A DNA stretch of 63,858 bases, counting the filler, from Reticulomyxa filosa (taxonomy: Eukaryota > Protista > Foraminifera), in the NCBI GenBank assembly GCA_000512085.1. It is 16 parts of 16 records of this genome, joined end to end, with 100 filler letters (N's around TTAATTAATTAA, not from the genome) between each part and the next. Parts side by side here need not be neighbours in the genome. Positions count along the whole stretch, not along the records: positions 62,479 to 63,858 come from ASPP01018505.1; 15 more parts are not named here. The stretch is one strand, 5' to 3'. Position numbers and translations under genes: made by a program. Shown piece after piece: positions 62,479 to 63,858 of this stretch; positions within the stretch are counted from its first letter, which is position 1, and each line of letters starts with the position of its first letter. The notes below the pieces were generated by a model, which ran no database searches, was not told where the DNA came from, and saw only the letters and a list, made by a program, of their open reading frames with translations.

Positions 62479-63142
62479 CCAGCACATCGATGCCGATCGC
62501 CGACACCTTGACGACGCGGGTATCGCGCTCGATCAGGTTCCGCAGACGAGAGATCGAGGTGTCGATGTCTTCGTTGGCGGGCCGCGGAACGCGGAATTCC
62601 AGTCGCGCGGTGTCGTTGCGCGTCGGCACCTTCACGATCTCTCCCCACAGCGTGCCGTTGGGAATGATGATGCGCGTATTGTCGTCGCCGTCGATCTCGG
62701 TGAAGAACAGGTTGATCTCGCGCGCGATGCCGCTCACGCCGCCGGTCTCGACGCGGTCACCGATATGGAAGGGCCGAAAGACGACCAGCATGATGCCGGC
62801 GGCGAGGTTGCTGAGCGTCCCCTGGAGCGCCAGGCCGATGGCGATGCCCAGGGCGCCGAGGACGGCCACGAAGCTCGTGGTGGCGATGCCGAAGGTCGTG
62901 AGGACGGCGACGAAGGTGAAGACGAGGACCGTGTAGCGCGCCCCATTGCCCAGGAAGAGCGCGACGGTGCGGTCGATGCGCGGCGTGCGCTGGCAGAGGC
63001 GAACCACGGCCCTGTACAGCAGCCGCGATGCCATCCAGCCGATGCACAGGATGATGATCGCGCCTATGACGCGAAGTCCGTAGGTCGTGCTCATGGCCAC
63101 CATGATGTTGGTGGCGTTGGTCCACGGTTCCTCGTTACCCAT
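62479..63142 (-). CDS. mscS: Small-conductance mechanosensitive channel (bacterial; 3' truncated)
   Basis: GIATTSFVAVLGALGIAIGLALQGTLSNLAAG...RPFHIGD...IIIPN; high-GC codon usage. Confidence 0.95.
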
Positions 63143-63196
63143 GAGGGACGCAACGTCCAGGGCGCGATGGCGGTTCCTCCGCGGCCTAGGCGCGCT

Positions 63197-63858
63197 TTAG
63201 CGGGTGTCGTTCTCGCGAATGAAGGTGCGGACGCGTGGCATGATCTGTTCGCGCCACTTGCGGCCGTTGAAGATGCCGTAATGGCCGACCCGCGGCTGTT
63301 CCCAGTGCACGTGTCGCGCGCCGGGAATGTTGGGCGTCAGCGCATGCGCCGCCTTGGTCTGGCCGACACCGGAAATGTCGTCCAGCTCGCCCTGACCGTC
63401 ATCAGGGCGGTCTCGATGAAGGAGGGATCGATCTTGCGGCCGCGGCTCACCCATTCGCCGCGCGGCAGCAGGTGCTCCTTGAACACGACCTCGATGGTCT
63501 GCAGGTAGAATTCGGCGCTGAGATCCATCACCGCGAGATACTCGTCGTAGAAGGCGCGGTGCGCGTCTGCCGGATCGTCGTCGCCCTTCACCAGATGCTC
63601 GAACTGGCGCATGTGCGCATTCACATGGCGGTCGAGATTCATGCTGATGAAGGAGGTGAGCTGCAGGAAGCCCGGATAGACGCGGCGCAGCGCGCCCGGA
63701 TAGTTGAGCGGCACCGTCGAGATGACGTTATGCCGGAACCACATCATGGAGTTGCGCATCGCGAGGTCGTTGGGGACCGTCGGGCTGACGCGGGTGTCGA
63801 TCGGACCGCCCATCAGGGTGAGCGACTTGGGCTGGCGCGGCTCCTTGGCCTCGGCCAT
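63197..63858 (-). CDS. phaZ: Intracellular PHB depolymerase (bacterial; 5' truncated, one frameshift)
   Basis: SLTLMGGPID, RRVYPGFLQL, FYDEYLAV.D, then TV[E]GELDDISGVGQT and GHYGIFNG after a 1-nt deletion near 63394. Confidence 0.93.

Noticed and set aside
1849-63394. Single-base frameshifts in otherwise intact genes (1849, 7740, 43520, 52790, 63394) as programmed frameshifting or RNA editing
   Set aside because: No shared slippery motif, most are explained by run-length miscalls, and one lies in the bacterial contig. Sequencing error or young pseudogenes is simpler.

Overview
This is not one locus. It is 16 unrelated contigs joined by 15 artificial 100-bp spacers (N44-TTAATTAATTAA-N44). Fifteen contigs are AT-rich, intron-containing eukaryotic DNA in the standard genetic code. 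Their expanded WD40 family signature and homopolymer-rich introns strongly suggest a foraminiferan such as Reticulomyxa filosa (recognition from memory, not a database result). The last contig (62479-63858) is GC-rich bacterial DNA carrying phaZ and mscS. Recognisable eukaryotic genes: several WD40 genes and pseudogenes, bacterial-type prpB with an intron, an HMG-box protein, G-alpha, an hnRNP F/H-like qRRM protein, BMT5-like methyltransferase with zinc fingers, TMEM14, an Hsp70 C-terminus, a secreted tyrosinase-like protein, NAA30, otubain, a vWA protein, a CRT-like transporter, a TPR protein, an ELM2-PHD-ARID protein, an ArfGAP and a PTS2-bearing citrate synthase. Structure not explained by the ORF track: (i) a conserved ~33-codon exon module found four times, which precedes two different WD40 subfamilies and may be a cullin-adaptor box; (ii) a Tc1/mariner family, including a decayed DD34E-spaced transposase and a 1.03-kb TIR-bounded element that encloses a LINE reverse-transcriptase remnant; (iii) many introns with A-rich rather than pyrimidine-rich acceptors, plus one apparent 22-nt intron; (iv) decayed G-beta and PPR genes and a few candidate structured RNAs.
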